DNA of 64,000 nucleotides. Source: Ramazzottius varieornatus. Lineage: Eukaryota; Animalia; Tardigrada. The translations under genes and the position numbers were made by a program. Each line of letters starts with the position of its first letter. Position 1 is the first letter of the stretch. Below, in pieces: positions 12,701-25,467 of the stretch. The stretch spans positions 7,740,448-7,804,447 of the forward strand of contig BDGG01000002.1 of the NCBI GenBank assembly GCA_001949185.1, written 5' to 3'. Under the pieces are notes generated by a model. The model saw nothing but the letters and a program-made list of their open reading frames with translations, was not told the DNA's origin and made no database searches.

Positions 12701-15700
12701 CACGCAGATTGACAGCACGAACGCCCTGAAGGTGAATGGTGTGGTGCGAGTCATCACTTCCATCGACATTCCCGGATCTAACAATTTCGTGGCGCCTCCT
12801 GGTGTGGCAGAGGAACTGCTGGCAAGCCGTCAGGTGGTCTTTGCCGGACAACCTGTAGCCATCGTTGTTGCCAGTAAGCTGTCTGAGCTGCACCCATACA
12901 GAAATTTGATACGGGAAGATTAAGGAATTGTCTGCTTTTAGCTTCTCAGGTGGCGGCAGAAAACGGCGCGAAACAGGTCAAGGCAGTCTACGCTAACGTG
13001 AAGACTCCCATTCTGACCTGTCAGGATGCCATTCAAGCAAAGTCCTTCTACCCCGCAATTGACGACCTGAAAGTTGGCGATGCGGAAGCGGCTATCGCAT
13101 CTGCGCCACATCAGGTGAAAGGCTCGATGGAACTTGGTGGGCAGATGCACTTCTACATGGAGACTCAGGTAAATTAAATGCACCAAGTCAATAATGTTAT
13201 GATAAGAAAGGCTTCGTACGGGTCAGCCAGCTCAGCGATTTCCGTTTCTTTATAATTGTAGGTCGCCGTTTGTACCCCAACCGAGGATGGCATGGACGTC
13301 GAAGCCGGAACTCAATGGGTGGATGCTGTTCAAGATGGTGTCGCGCAAGTACTAGCCATGAACAAAAGCTCGTAGGTTCCCGATGAGGCTTCTGCCGTTG
13401 CTGTACTGCGCAGTATCACATTGATAAACACCAATGGTTGTTTTTCTATCGCATAGTATCAACGTCTCCTGTAAACGTGTCGGAGGAGCTTATGGAGGTA
13501 CGTACAGGATGAATTCGGTCACGTAGTCTTTCCTTTGTTCTTTCGGATTAACCACACCTTATCACATGCTGTAGGTAAAATTACCCGGAATACGTGGATC
13601 GCTGCATCGGCAGCACTAGCTGCTCAGCTAACCGGTCGACAAGTCAAGATGCATCTCAGCTTCTGGGATAACGCCAAGGTGAGTTCGTCTCTCATATTCG
13701 TCTACCTACGGCTCCTTTGTTTAGCAAAACGCCCGTTACAGCTTGTAGGGAAACGTAACCCATACCACACCGAGTACCACGCCGGCTTTGACGCTGACGG
13801 CAAACTTCAAGGCGTCTACATCAACGCTTACGTCGACTGCGGCGCCGCACCGAACGACAACCCCATCAGCGGCTTGGGTACCTGGGGTGACAACGGTACT
13901 TACCTTCCTTTCAGAGAAGCAAGTCGCTCTCCAGCTTACGGAGTACCAGTCGCACCGAATCTTCTTCCTTTACAGCCTACTTCTGTCCAAACTGGAAGTT
14001 CAGCATGACAGCGTGCAAGACGAATACACCACCCAACACTTGGACTCGCGCACCGGGTAGCGTTATTTTGAAAGCTCCGCAGACAAACTTGACGAGTCTG
14101 TTGTCCCAAGCGACGCAAGTTTCCAGCCAACAATGCCGGGAACATGCGCCACTTGGTAACAGAGTCAGACTTTACAAGATTGTTTTTCTCAAGTGACGCA
14201 CTGTTTAGGTCGAAAACACTTATGGTATGCGCCACTTACGTCTCGTCTCGTCACAACGATCTAGTCAAGTTTTCCTGACGAGACCTAGTTCCATCCATTG
14301 CTGTGCCGAGTGTCCTAATGTGACTGGTGAATATTTCTAGGCTCAACGGAAGCAATCTACTTTATCGAACACGTCATGGAGCACATCGCAAAGTTCCTGA
14401 ACAAGCCCTCCATCGACGTCAAGTACCTCAACCTGTTCAAGAACGGCGACAAGTGTATCACTGGCCAGACCATCGACAACTGCAACCTGACGGATCTAAC
14501 CCAACAGTTCCTGAAGAACGTGGAGTATCAGAAGCGATTCAACGCAGTTCAAATCTTCAACAAGGAGAGCCGATGGAGGAAGAAGGGCATTAGCGTGACA
14601 CCCATGAAGTATGGAGTGGTCTGGAACAGCAACCTTTACAATTGCTTCGTCACGATTTTCCACAACGGCGGCGCGGTCGCCGTCGCTCATGGCGGAAGTG
14701 AAATTGGCCAAGGTAATAATATCGTGGTAATTTCGTCTGTGTTCTATTGAGTTGAATTCAGAGTATGCGGGAGCTCGGCAAAGAAGCTGGATCTGATGAT
14801 TTTTCCAAGTGGCGCACGCTTACAGTTAATAACACTGAAACTATGTGCCACTGGAGAGATCAATCTTGCAGTCTCTTTCGCTAAGTTCCCTTTACATTTC
14901 TCCTTATTTTGCCTTCAGGAATCAACACAAAGGTGGCACAAGCTGTGGCATACGAGCTTGGCATCAGCATGGAACTCATCTCCATCAAGCCTAACATGTC
15001 GCTGACCAACGCTAATGCAACGTCTACTGGCGGAAGTGTGACAAGCGAACTGGTTACTCTTGTAAGTGAACATAATCTACGCAGATAATACTGCCTCAAG
15101 AATTGAGGAGGACTGAGTGAACTAATACTTGTTGGGTATTGTAGGCTGCATTGGACTGTTGTAAGCAGTTACTGTCGAGAATCAACCCGACACGGCAGGC
15201 CATGCAAGGCAAGTCCTGGCCGGAAGTGATCGAGAAGTGCTTCACGGACGGAATGGACCTGACTGCTCGGTCTTGGTATGTCTAACCACCTTCGGATAGA
15301 CGTTTGCTAGGGTGGAGGAAGAACGTTTGAGTGATGGTTACATTCTTTGGTTTCAGGGTGGCGCCGAAGACTGACGTGGCACCGATCTACTACAACACCT
15401 GGGGTGTAACCTGTACGGAAGTGGAAATTGATGTGCTGACCGGCGAACATCAGATCCTGCGACTGGATGTACTTCATGACTGTGGCGAAAGCATGTCACC
15501 CCTGATCGGTAAGATAAAATATCCAGCAGCCAACTTACCTCTCATGCCTAACGTGCATTGCCTGATTATGGGCAGGGACATAATTTTGGGCACCGAAAAG
15601 GGCACTGATTAGCCAATCACTCGAAGTGCTGCCGCTTTCGGCTGGTGCAAAATTTTGTCCATGCCCATAATTAGTCAAATTACGTGTACTTCCGCTCATC

Positions 15701-16639
15701 ATTTATCTTGCATTCCATCAAGGAAATGCTCTGTATGGAAACGCGCAAACCGTGATTAGGTTTTTTGTGAGGACTTCGGGAAGATTTAGCAGCAGCATTT
15801 TTAGCCTATTTGCTGCTGACGGAATTTCGCAGTGGTCCCTGTAGCAGGAATGGTGCTGGAATCTGTTACCCATTGTATTGTTTTGCTGTTGCAGATATCG
15901 GCCAGATAGAAGGAGCTGTGGTGATGGGATTAGGGTACTACACTTCCGAGCAGCTAAAGTACGACGAGAAGAGCGGACAGCTCCTGACATACAACACATG
16001 GTACTACAAGCCACCGACTACCAAGGACATTCCGGCCGACTTCCGGGTCCAGATACTGAAGAACGCTCCGAATCCAGTCGGAGTACTACGCAGTAAAGGT
16101 ACAAATTCCTTCTTGTCCAAACTCAGTCCCAGATTTTCCCGTGAATTTGATCATGGTTTTGTTTCAGTCGTGGCCGAACCTCCACTCTGCATGACATGCT
16201 CGGTCGTATTCGCTTTGCGAAATGCCTGTGACGCGGCTCGACAAGAAATCGGCAAAGGCCGAGAATGGTTCCAACTCGGTGAGACTATAGACTGCCTTTC
16301 AACAAATGTTTTACGTATATACGAGACGTCGACAAATGGACTGAACGCGACTTTGATTTCAAATGGCGCACATACGCACGCTAATTGGCTCAAAGTGTGC
16401 GCCACTGGGGAAATTCGTCATGTTCAAGTCATTTCCCGACATCCCGTATGGCTGGTTTCCCCACCTTCATTGACTGAGTTGGGACTCGACTGTATATTCA
16501 TTCCATCGCTGTTTTCTCTCCAGATGCTCCGATGACTGTTGAACGCACCCAGGGTTACTGTCTACCCGACATCTCGCAGTACACTTACGGACCAACGAAA
16601 CCTACCAAGATTTCCCTTCGGCTCAGGCTCACCCGGTGA
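9713..16639 (+). CDS. Aldehyde oxidase / xanthine dehydrogenase family molybdo-flavoenzyme (invertebrate AOX-like), >20 exons
   Basis: 2Fe-2S motifs GTKVLCREGGCGVC, TQCGYCTPGMVM, GNICRCTGYRPIL; FAD domain LVAGHTSVG, VASVPIRN; Moco domain HFYMETQ, KRVGGAYGGKITR, DVLTGE..DCGESMSP.IDIGQIEGAVVMGLG, SKVVAEPP. Confidence 0.95.
15562..15674. mobile_element. Small MITE-like inverted-repeat element in an AOX intron
   Basis: ATTATGGGCAGGGACATAATTTTG at ~15565 pairs with CAAAATTTTGTCCATGCCCATAAT ending ~15671. Confidence 0.6.
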
Positions 16640-16809
16640 AAAATACAGTCACCTCAAAGGACATTCTGTCAGCAATACAGCGAACACTCTCAGCTACCGA
16701 TGAATATTTTTTAATGCTCTATAGAGTTTTAGCTTTTTAGGAATCTTCCCCTTGAAGTTTTACTTACGTTGTATTTTACGTTTTATTCCTTTGAATTTCC
16801 TTACATGAT

Positions 16810-18099
16810 TTATTCATTCTTTTCCGGTATTAAAGCTTCATCCGATTTCGCATCCACTTGACTACTAGCTGCAGGCCCAGCGGGTTGCCGATTCAAAGAC
16901 GAAGCTTTCTGTACAACATGAGAAGCTTTCTCGGTCGAAGGCGCAGCTGAAGGAGATTTCTGAACGGAGGAAGGGTTTTCAGTCGGACTTCTTTCGGCTG
17001 GTTGACTGGACCCTTCTTTCTTCGGTTTAGCATCTGCCGGTGTCGTGGCGTTCCTCGTGCCAGCTCGGCTCTTGTCCGGAGCCGGTGTGGCGTTCGTCGG
17101 TTTCGGGTCGCCCCGACCATACAGTGAAATTCCTTTGGCTGCGGCAGGAACTGGCCTTGGCCAGAAAGGTTTCGAGAGGGCCTGTATGAGGTCGGCTAGG
17201 CAGTTTCTGACGATATTCGCGTGCTCCATCTGTTCTTTGGTGGGAGGTGGCGGACCTTTGTGCTTGCCTTCTTCGTCTTCGTAGCTCTGTTCCTCTGGAA
17301 GAGTGCTGGGTTTCTCGACGACGCGCTGATGGGCGTTCTTGTGCTCGTCCCAGTCAGCGAGGGCGTTGGCCATGTTGTCTCGGATGATAACGACACCTTT
17401 GGAGAAAACAACACATGAAAGTGGGCCTCACGCTGATTTTATTTTCCGAGAAAACTAAAAATCAAAATGGGGCGTCGGCGAAGAGGTCCACCCGGATCGT
17501 TTTCCCGAGTGGCGCATACAATCAGCAAAAAACAATGAAAAGGTGCGCCACTTGGGAAAACAATCTTGGCGAGTTGTCGAAGTGGCGCACTTCTCTTGCC
17601 AATTCCAAGAAAAACGTGCGCCACTTGAAACAAAGATTTTGGTGAAATCATCTGCCACATCCCAAACATACATAAATATATTCATTACGAACTCCAGACA
17701 AAGGCAAGTCCAGCAACGGCAAAATGGGGTGTCAAAGTTTTGAACTACAGTATATGTTGGTTCCACGGCATTTAGATTTGGCGAACCTTCTACGCGTTCG
17801 CGTGTGACGCCGGGTTGCAGCTCGGCCGACAGCGCCTTCAGTTCATCCAAAGCTCGATTGATCCAGAGGAACTTGCCGGCATTGCCATGAACCGTCATCT
17901 CGTGGCACATGGCTGGTAGAGCAGGGTCGCTGGGATCGAGAGCTCGTAAACGACTGGTCATACTGATGGCGCGTTCATTCATGATGTTACGCAGCTCGCG
18001 CATACGCCGTTCATAGTAGGATTTGGTGTTTTTGTAGGGCGGATGCTGATATGGGCGAAGAGATCGACGTCCTCCGGATCCGCCGGATACTATGGACAT
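16810..18099 (-). CDS. Hypothetical two-exon protein with disordered Pro/Ala/Ser/Lys-rich C-terminus
   Basis: ORF 18099-~17788 splices in frame to ORF ~17397-16810; the intron holds hairpin repeats. No family recognised. Confidence 0.6.
17475..17645. repeat. Two tandem hairpin repeat copies (intronic)
   Basis: TTTCCCGAGTGGCGCA..GTGCGCCACTTGGGAAA and AAGTGGCGCAC..GTGCGCCACTT. Confidence 0.8.
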
Positions 18100-18891
18100 T
18101 GTGGTGGCAATGTATTACAGCGTGTATGGTACAAAAATATTACAGATATAGTTTATGTCAATTTTATAACAATGATGATGAGTGTTCTCATCTTCCTCGT
18201 TTGTTTATTTTGGCTGTAATTAAAGTTTCCTTCGCAGATTCTTGGCAACTGGGTCGAGCTTGAGGCTCCTCGTTCTTTTGAGGAATTCTCCGATGGACGA
18301 GTGAGGGCTCGAAGAAGGAAGAGACAATGGAGTCTTGCGTGGAACTGAAAGATGGCACAATGGTTTGATGCTTTCCTCTTGGAAACAAGCTAACCAAGAA
18401 CAAGACCAGCTGCCCAGATTCACTGCAATGTATCGTTTCGGCACTGTGCTTTCGGGTAAAATTCCCTTCTTTGTTCGGAGCTTTGCAGTCGTTCCAGGCG
18501 CGGACAGAACGATTAGTTCGATGGCCATTACCTGAAAGTGACGCCATAATTTGGGTGAACAAAGGAGCATGCTCAGGCTGGCTGACTCTCTTTGTTCGCG
18601 CTGGGCACTGGGCAGCTGTCACTGTCAGAAGTTCGTCGAGATAAGGCTTTTTCGTTTCCCTGTCCTACTCTCTTCGGTCAAAAGCCGTGTCTGCCTTTGG
18701 TCTAACTTCCCACAAAAGCGTGACTTCTATGAGCAAAGTTTGGTAACTTGGTTCAGCATCGGGCTGATAATTTCGGTCTTTTCCACATTTGGTTGACTTG
18801 CTGGTCACTGCATTCTTTGTGTGTGGTTAAATTCTAGATCGACATTTTTCACCAGGACCATTTCCCCCCAAAAACCTTCAGGAACCTCACG

Positions 18892-19991
18892 ATGTTGCCC
18901 ATCTTCGCCTTCCTGTTAATAGGTAAGTCTGACGTTGACTGTTGCGCGATCGGTACGCAGCCCTTTCGATCCATAGCCGCTTATGTTAAATTTTCTCTTC
19001 TTATTTTCTAGGTAGTGCCTGTGGGGCGACCTTGAACATCGTCTCTCCGAGAGCTGCTCCAGTCCCGGTTGTGCTGATTGCCCGAGCCGACAACATTACC
19101 GAAGAGAAAACCACTCTTAAGCCAGTCGGCCTCAGCGTGGTTCCACTGGTGGAAGTGACGACCCAAGCAACGACCGAGCACGTCGAGACGACCATGGCCC
19201 CAGCCACAACCAAGGCACAAGTGACCGCTCTTCTTCAGATCGCCACCGTCACCCCTCGACCCGCCAAGAACAACGGCAACAAGAAGAACCCAGCCAGGGT
19301 TGCTGCACACAGAACTGTCATGACCACCGAAGTACCTCAGTCTCGTTTCAACACCGTTAACGCTACACGTCTGCCAGCTACCACGCCATCTCACGGTAAG
19401 AAGAGCGGTGGAAGGTTGACTCGTATCGAGAAGACGCAGGTGGAAAAGACGGTGGTCATTGGAGAAGGACTGGGCGGCGACGATCTGCAGACAGCTTTGC
19501 GCGGCCGACGAGAAGAGGCCACCACAGCCGTCGTCCAGATCATCCAAGGCAGCACGACCGAGACTCCAGTGGTCAATGGGACTATTCCCGTCGTAGTAGT
19601 CAGTGCTACTGTCATCCCCGTGGAGGTGGTTAACGTGACGGTGGGCAGTGGCGAAGTGGTCAAGAAGGAACTGGACAGACCGGCTCGTCAATTGGTGACT
19701 GGTGGTGGTGTGGGAGGTGTGCCAATGGGACCCGTTGGAGGTGTGGGAGCCGGCATGGGACCTGTGGGAGGTATGGGTGGACTGGGTGTTGGTGGTTTCA
19801 ATGGTGGCATGGGTATGGGTGGTCTTGGTGGCGGTATGGGACTAGGTGGCTTCAATGGCGGTTTGGGAGGCTTTAATGGTGGTATGGCTTCTTTTGGTGC
19901 AGGTGTGGGAGGCATTGGAGGAGGAATGGGCACTGGACTTGGTGGAGCTGTCGTCGAAGATACCGTCACCGAAGAGATAGTTACCCCTTAG
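18892..19991 (+). CDS. Secreted Thr/Val-rich protein with Gly-Met/Gly-Phe repeat tail (structural/cuticle-like)
   Basis: Exon 1 MLPIFAFLLI + exon 2 GSACGATLNIV.. forms a signal peptide; ~320-aa ORF ending in GGFNGG/GGMG repeats. Confidence 0.75.
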
Positions 19992-20529
19992 ATGGTCTGG
20001 TCTCGCGCTGCTAATGGAAAGTAGTGTCAAAGTGTCAAAACGCCAAAGAACATTGTGGCAACAAACTGTAAATTAGCTCAGTTTTTTTGTCTTTTGACGG
20101 ATATAAAATGTTTTCCAATAAACGGCACAACGATGAAGAAGGAAATGTGTTGGCTCGATCATCACAATTTGAGTGTAGCCATTCTTCCCACATATATACA
20201 TCGTGTGATGTGAAGACAGGGTGACCACTGTCCAGACAAGAGTCCAACCTCTTGGAGGGAGGCAAGGCAGTCTGCTTCTCAGATGATAATATGTCTCCGT
20301 TGAAACAACTTTCGACTTTGATATTGCGGTACAATATACACTTTCGGCTTGTATCGACCACATGATAGTGAGGTAATTTTACAAGTCGACCGCATGGGAA
20401 AAATCATTCGGTGGTGTGCATCGCCTGCCCCTTTGATTGTGCACTGGAAAGGTGTTTTTGTGACTTCGATCGTCTCGGCGCTCATGTTTAATTTATAATA
20501 TCAACATTTCATCACCTCATCGCGTTAAG

Positions 20530-20721
20530 ATGAAGAGGTCGTTCATTCTGTGTTTGTTGGTATTGGTGTTTTGCTTGTACATCGAGGTGGTAATGGCGAC
20601 AGCGGAAGCGGATATTAATGTGGCCACCTCACCTGCGACATTCGAAGAAAGAGCGAACGAACGACCTTCCAACATCCTCGACGCCCTGAAAAAGGTCCAC
20701 GATGATCGCGTGATAGGTTAA
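20530..20721 (+). CDS. Small secreted peptide precursor
   Basis: MKRSFILCLLVLVFCLYIEVVMA signal peptide; 63-aa ORF, possibly extended by a short exon to ~20825; AATAAA signals at ~20825-20845. Confidence 0.55.
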   Translation: MKRSFILCLLVLVFCLYIEVVMATAEADINVATSPATFEERANERPSNILDALKKVHDDRVIG

Positions 20722-21393
20722 GCGACCCTGTCAGAAGTTTCCGCATATCCTATCATGCGGTAGCTTTATCTTCGGGAGCTGCGGATAGCATCAAACGAGA
20801 AGACGGGCCTAAACTTGCGAATTAAATAAATTGTTAATTAAATAAATCAATAAATTGTTTCTCAATCTGCTCACTTGTTTCTTATAATATTGCACCCTAT
20901 ATCACTCAATATGTTCTGATTTCGAAATATTCTAACTATCCCAACAACGATATCTGTCATCTGGTGAGAGTTGTGAGAACTGAAAAGCAGCGATACAAAC
21001 TTTTTCTTCGTGTATGAGGACTTCGTAGAGGTCGCCACTAGTGATAAATTGCCGTGTAGTAGCGATAGTTGGGTGCGACTCTGGCGCTGTTTTGAATAAA
21101 GGGACCGCTGATGGTTCTTGTATTCACCTGTGTCTAGTTCGTTTTGTGGAGCAAGATAGCTATTAAGCCTATTATTGATTCCTCGAAGGCACCTACAGCA
21201 AGACGGGAAAGTTCCCCAACTAGTTTAACCAAGTTTCACATCCGGTACAGTCAAACAACAACGTTAACTACGTCGACGATTGTAATCTGCTCTTATCGTA
21301 TTCTGCTTAGTTGACAGATTTGTTTGTACCTTTCTTTACTAGGAATTCCCTTTGTAATAATTTCAGGCCAATATATGGAAACTATTATTTGAG

Positions 21394-21869
21394 AATGGGA
21401 TATTCATCAAGCTTGGGATACTACTTTGTGATAGGTCTTGTGTTGGGCTGCTGTGTCTGCAGCCACGAAGGCAGAACTTGTAAGTTTATCCCTGGCCTCT
21501 GGAAAGTTCGATTGACATCGGTATGTACATTATCATGCTAGGGTTTGCGAGGTTGTCCTTCTTTCCAGATAAGCTTCCTGAAAAGCGATCTGGATTGTGC
21601 CCTCAACCAAACTGCGCCATGAACGTCAACTGTGCTCCGTCTTATGACTGCTGTGACTTTGGCGGCTCCATGTTCTGTGTTCCAGGTAAGTGCATTTACC
21701 AAACCTTGATTTTCGGAGAGCGAAATGGTGATGACATTTGATCCTTGCAGCTCCCTGCCCGCCCACCGCTTTCTGCCGCAAAGATTCCGACTGCGGACCA
21801 GAAGAAGACAAATGCTGTCCGACTACTTCCGGTCGCAAGGTTTGTGCCCACGCAGTGTTCGTGGTGTAA
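21394..21869 (+). CDS. Small secreted Cys-rich protein with WAP-like repeats
   Basis: Hydrophobic leader, then spliced repeats CPQPNCAMNVNCAPSYDCCDFGGSMFC and CPPTAFCRKDSDCGPEEDKCCPTTSGRKVC. Confidence 0.55.
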
Positions 21870-23241
21870 GTTAGACTGTGCACCAGATATGTGCGCTGCA
21901 CAAATACCAAGTTCTCTTTTATGGAAAAATACCGAAGATAGCTGCTGCACTTTTCATGGTAAGAAGTACTGTACGGGAATCAGAGCCTTACGTTTCTAAC
22001 GGGAATACTTTGCTAACTCAAATGCTGCAGGCGGCGCGGCCATGTGTCTGATTCTGCTGAACATGTTCTACCGCCGTATGGCGACCGACCAAGAGTTAGC
22101 AAAGTTTTCGCCGTTCCGATTTTCGATAGAAATGACGGCAGGTATAAACGTGCACCTACCACACAAGCAATTTATTTCTACTGTTGATATCACATGCGGT
22201 GCTCCCATTGTGGAAGTTGCTAGTAAAGTCAGGACAATATGTTTTCGCTTGAAAGTTAGCAAAGTTTTCGCCGTTCTGACTTTGAATAGAAACCAGCCGT
22301 AGAGTCTTAAGCACGCTGTGTAACCCCCGCGTGATTTCTGCTTGTTGCGTCATATATGTGGCTAACTGGATCAGCTGATTCTGAGCTACATTACGCCTTC
22401 TGCAGAAAGCGTGCTCCTTAATATCGCCAGCCATCTTCAAACGTTCTTGCTTCATGAATTATATCCGCCTCGATCTGTCACCTATTTCCGGTTCAAGTTA
22501 CTTCAGACTGAAGCAAAGCGTTGGAACAAATTTGCGAATTAATTTGACAATTTTTGGTTGGAAGACTACCGAGAAAAATGTCAGTTAGACAAGTACTCGC
22601 CAGTTCGGCGAGTTAGAAAAGTTAGGCTCTGATCCTCGTACATTATGGCGTAAGCGGTCGACGACCAAAGTATCTCCTCGAAACCTAGTTAGGCAGTCCG
22701 TTTGTCTGTTTGTTGGTGGCCATATAGTCTAGCGGTAAGCTGCCAGCCTTTTGACAACTCAATTATCGTCAAGAACCATGCAGCGACCGCCATGGACACT
22801 CCGCGAGCCGCTGTCAAAGCCATCTATGAGTTGGAATATATACACTTTGGCTCGAGGAATGTACACCGCAACAGTCAAAAATACCAGAGACTACACACCG
22901 CTTTTTTACAATGTGCGGAGAAAGTTAACCAAGCTGGTGATGAAAAAGATCTTTGGAGATCCGCAAAAAGGAGCTAAAAAGAAAACGCAACGACTTCGAT
23001 ACCAACACTAAGCGCGACGCCTCGAAGCTAGGACAATAAAAGAATCCTCTTTGTACAGGTTCTACTCTTAAGTCACTCCCGCATCTCTTACTAGTAAGCT
23101 TTAGCACCATGAAAGGCTATAGAGAAATTAGTCTGTACAACATTTGTACAAGTCTGTACGGGTATGAACAAGGAACTGCAAAGCGTAGAGTTTGACCGAA
23201 CTGCTGAAACTTTCTTGACGCGAGAGCCTACAGGCGGTTCT

Positions 23242-24181
23242 TCAGTCATGTGGCGGATTGTTCATAAAGGTCCAAGCATCGTTCTCCAGTTGATCCCAGT
23301 CGGTTCCCGCATCGACCAGCTCGTACTGTGGAGGAAAAGAACAGAACGTTACACACCTACCCAGATCAACTCGCGCACACTTTCCGCCCAGATCGCGTTT
23401 GCAAGTGGCTCATGCTTCCAGTCAATAGCACAGTCAGCGTGCGCCATCTGGGTGAACAATCTGGTCGAGCTTGTTTCTTTAACTTCCCTTTATTAATATC
23501 GAAGTTCACTTTTAGCTACCGGTTTGAACATTGAAATATATCGTTTCACCACAATAGAAGAACGTAGAAGTATAATTTGAAATTTCGAAAACTTGAAATC
23601 GAGCCTACCGTTTCTTCGCTGGCGATCTCCGATGGTGTGCGACTTCCGCGTCCGTAAACGTTGAAGTTGCAAGCAGCTGCCAGTTCTCTGGCGATCAAGT
23701 CATCGTTGGAAGAATTAAACGACAACCTCGAGTTCTGCCTTGACAATCCTGGTCCACGTGAAGGCGAGTCCGGTGTCATAGGTCCATTAAAGCGTTGGTC
23801 AAAGGTACGCTGGACTTCACCCTCCATTATGCCATTCAACCCCATATTCTGCCTGCTTAGCCGATTAGCCGCCGCCTGTAGCAGTGATTCTGGATTGTCA
23901 CCCATAGATGCCAACGAAGCACTGGAGCTGTCCCGCGAACGTGGAGCATTGCGCGGTGTCTGGCCTCCCTGGTTTATCTGGCCGAAGTTGTTGTTGTTGG
24001 GGAAGGGACAGAGACGCTGTGGGACATTATTACGGTTGAAGACGGGAGCCCAACGTTGCGCAGCTGGGTTGGGAAAGCCTCGCGCTACATCCGGGAAGGT
24101 TGTAGACTCGAGGTTTCGACGGATATTGTCGACGAGCTCGGCTAGCGACGGCTCGTAGGGACGACGAGGTCCACAATTCAT
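23242..24181 (-). CDS. Hypothetical disordered Asn/Ser/Arg-rich protein, two exons
   Basis: ORF 24181-~23609 splices to a last exon YELVDAGTDWDQLENDAWTFMNNPPHD*; hairpin repeat in the intron. Confidence 0.6.
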
Positions 24182-25467
24182 TCTTGTACAATATTATGAA
24201 TCAATTCAGGCAGAAGAGAAATTTGCTAACGCGTTCGAAGTCAGCATTCGGCGGTAACACACTGAAAGCGGCAACCTAATAGCTTGGAAGCTCCACGTGA
24301 GCGCAGCTAGTTCGAGCCATACAAGAAACTTGAATGTGTCTCTCGGAAGCCTTCAATGGAAGTAAACACAGCTGTGAGCAAACAAATGGGTCACACGCTT
24401 GATGGAAACGATGTTCAGTGTGCAACGTCGACGCGTAATGCTGCGAAAAACCATAAAAATAACTGGCAGAGACTCGGAGACCGAGACTGCAAGCTCGAAC
24501 CGTTCGCACTCTCAAGTTCTCAGCCAATCCGGGTTCGTACGAGGTTCGCTTGATGACGTTCAACGTGCGCTGTACGCGGTGAAAGATTGGCGAGAAGGCA
24601 AAAAGAGATGCGCATGCATATGACTTTGTTATCGATTTTAGCATAGACTGCCATGGAGAAAGTAAGGTACCGATGGCGCTGCGCATAACGTCTCCGTTAC
24701 GTCTTCGGCTCTTCAGCTTGAAGCACATGACAGCACGTGCCTCCTCTTACCAGTTACCGAGACTCAGAGCAGTACAGCTTTACTGGAAATTCCATGGCTG
24801 TGTAAATATGGCACCATCCAATATTCGCTTTAGGGGAACCCGTACCTCTTCAGCGGTATTACTCGCTAAAGATGGCGCATCTGGTCTGCGAAGCTGTCAC
24901 CTGTCCACTTGAGCCTTCAGGTATGTTTGACTATCAGTTTAGTGCGCTATTGGACCTTTCAACAGTTGCAAGCTGAACACTTCACCAGTGAAGCGATCAA
25001 GACGAGAAAGTCAGGCGACCTAACACATCGGATTTCTACATAGGGAAGGGCTCTCCGTCTCTCCTCTCTGGAACTCGGAGTATGGAAGACCTGCCCTGAG
25101 TCAAATTCTACAGCACCTTCTAGAGCCGGCTCGTCCAGAGAACCTTTCTACCTTCTCGAAGGAGACGTGGAACGAAGCGAAAACAAACTGAGCCAGTTTT
25201 GGCCGCGCCAACCAGAGAATACCTTGGAACTGTTAGGTCCTTCGCACAGGGAAGACTCTCGAGTTCTTGACAGGGTTTACTGTATATTGGGAAGTCCGGT
25301 CTCGAAGCAGTACCAAACATCCGAAACCTGCATCAATAATAAAAACACAAGGGACGTTACAGGGGAAAAATTACACGCCACACTAAGTTGATAAAATCCG
25401 AAAGCGTCTTAAATATTCCGGCAGTACCATAAAAGAAAGCATACCATATCAAAGGCTTACGGACCAT

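Noticed and set aside
19688-19969. Pro-rich antisense ORFs (also 25649-26032 and 31142-31429)
   Set aside because: Shadow frames of Gly-rich coding sequence on the opposite strand.
24276-25320. Possible decayed transposase
   Set aside because: No DDE motif or TIRs identifiable.
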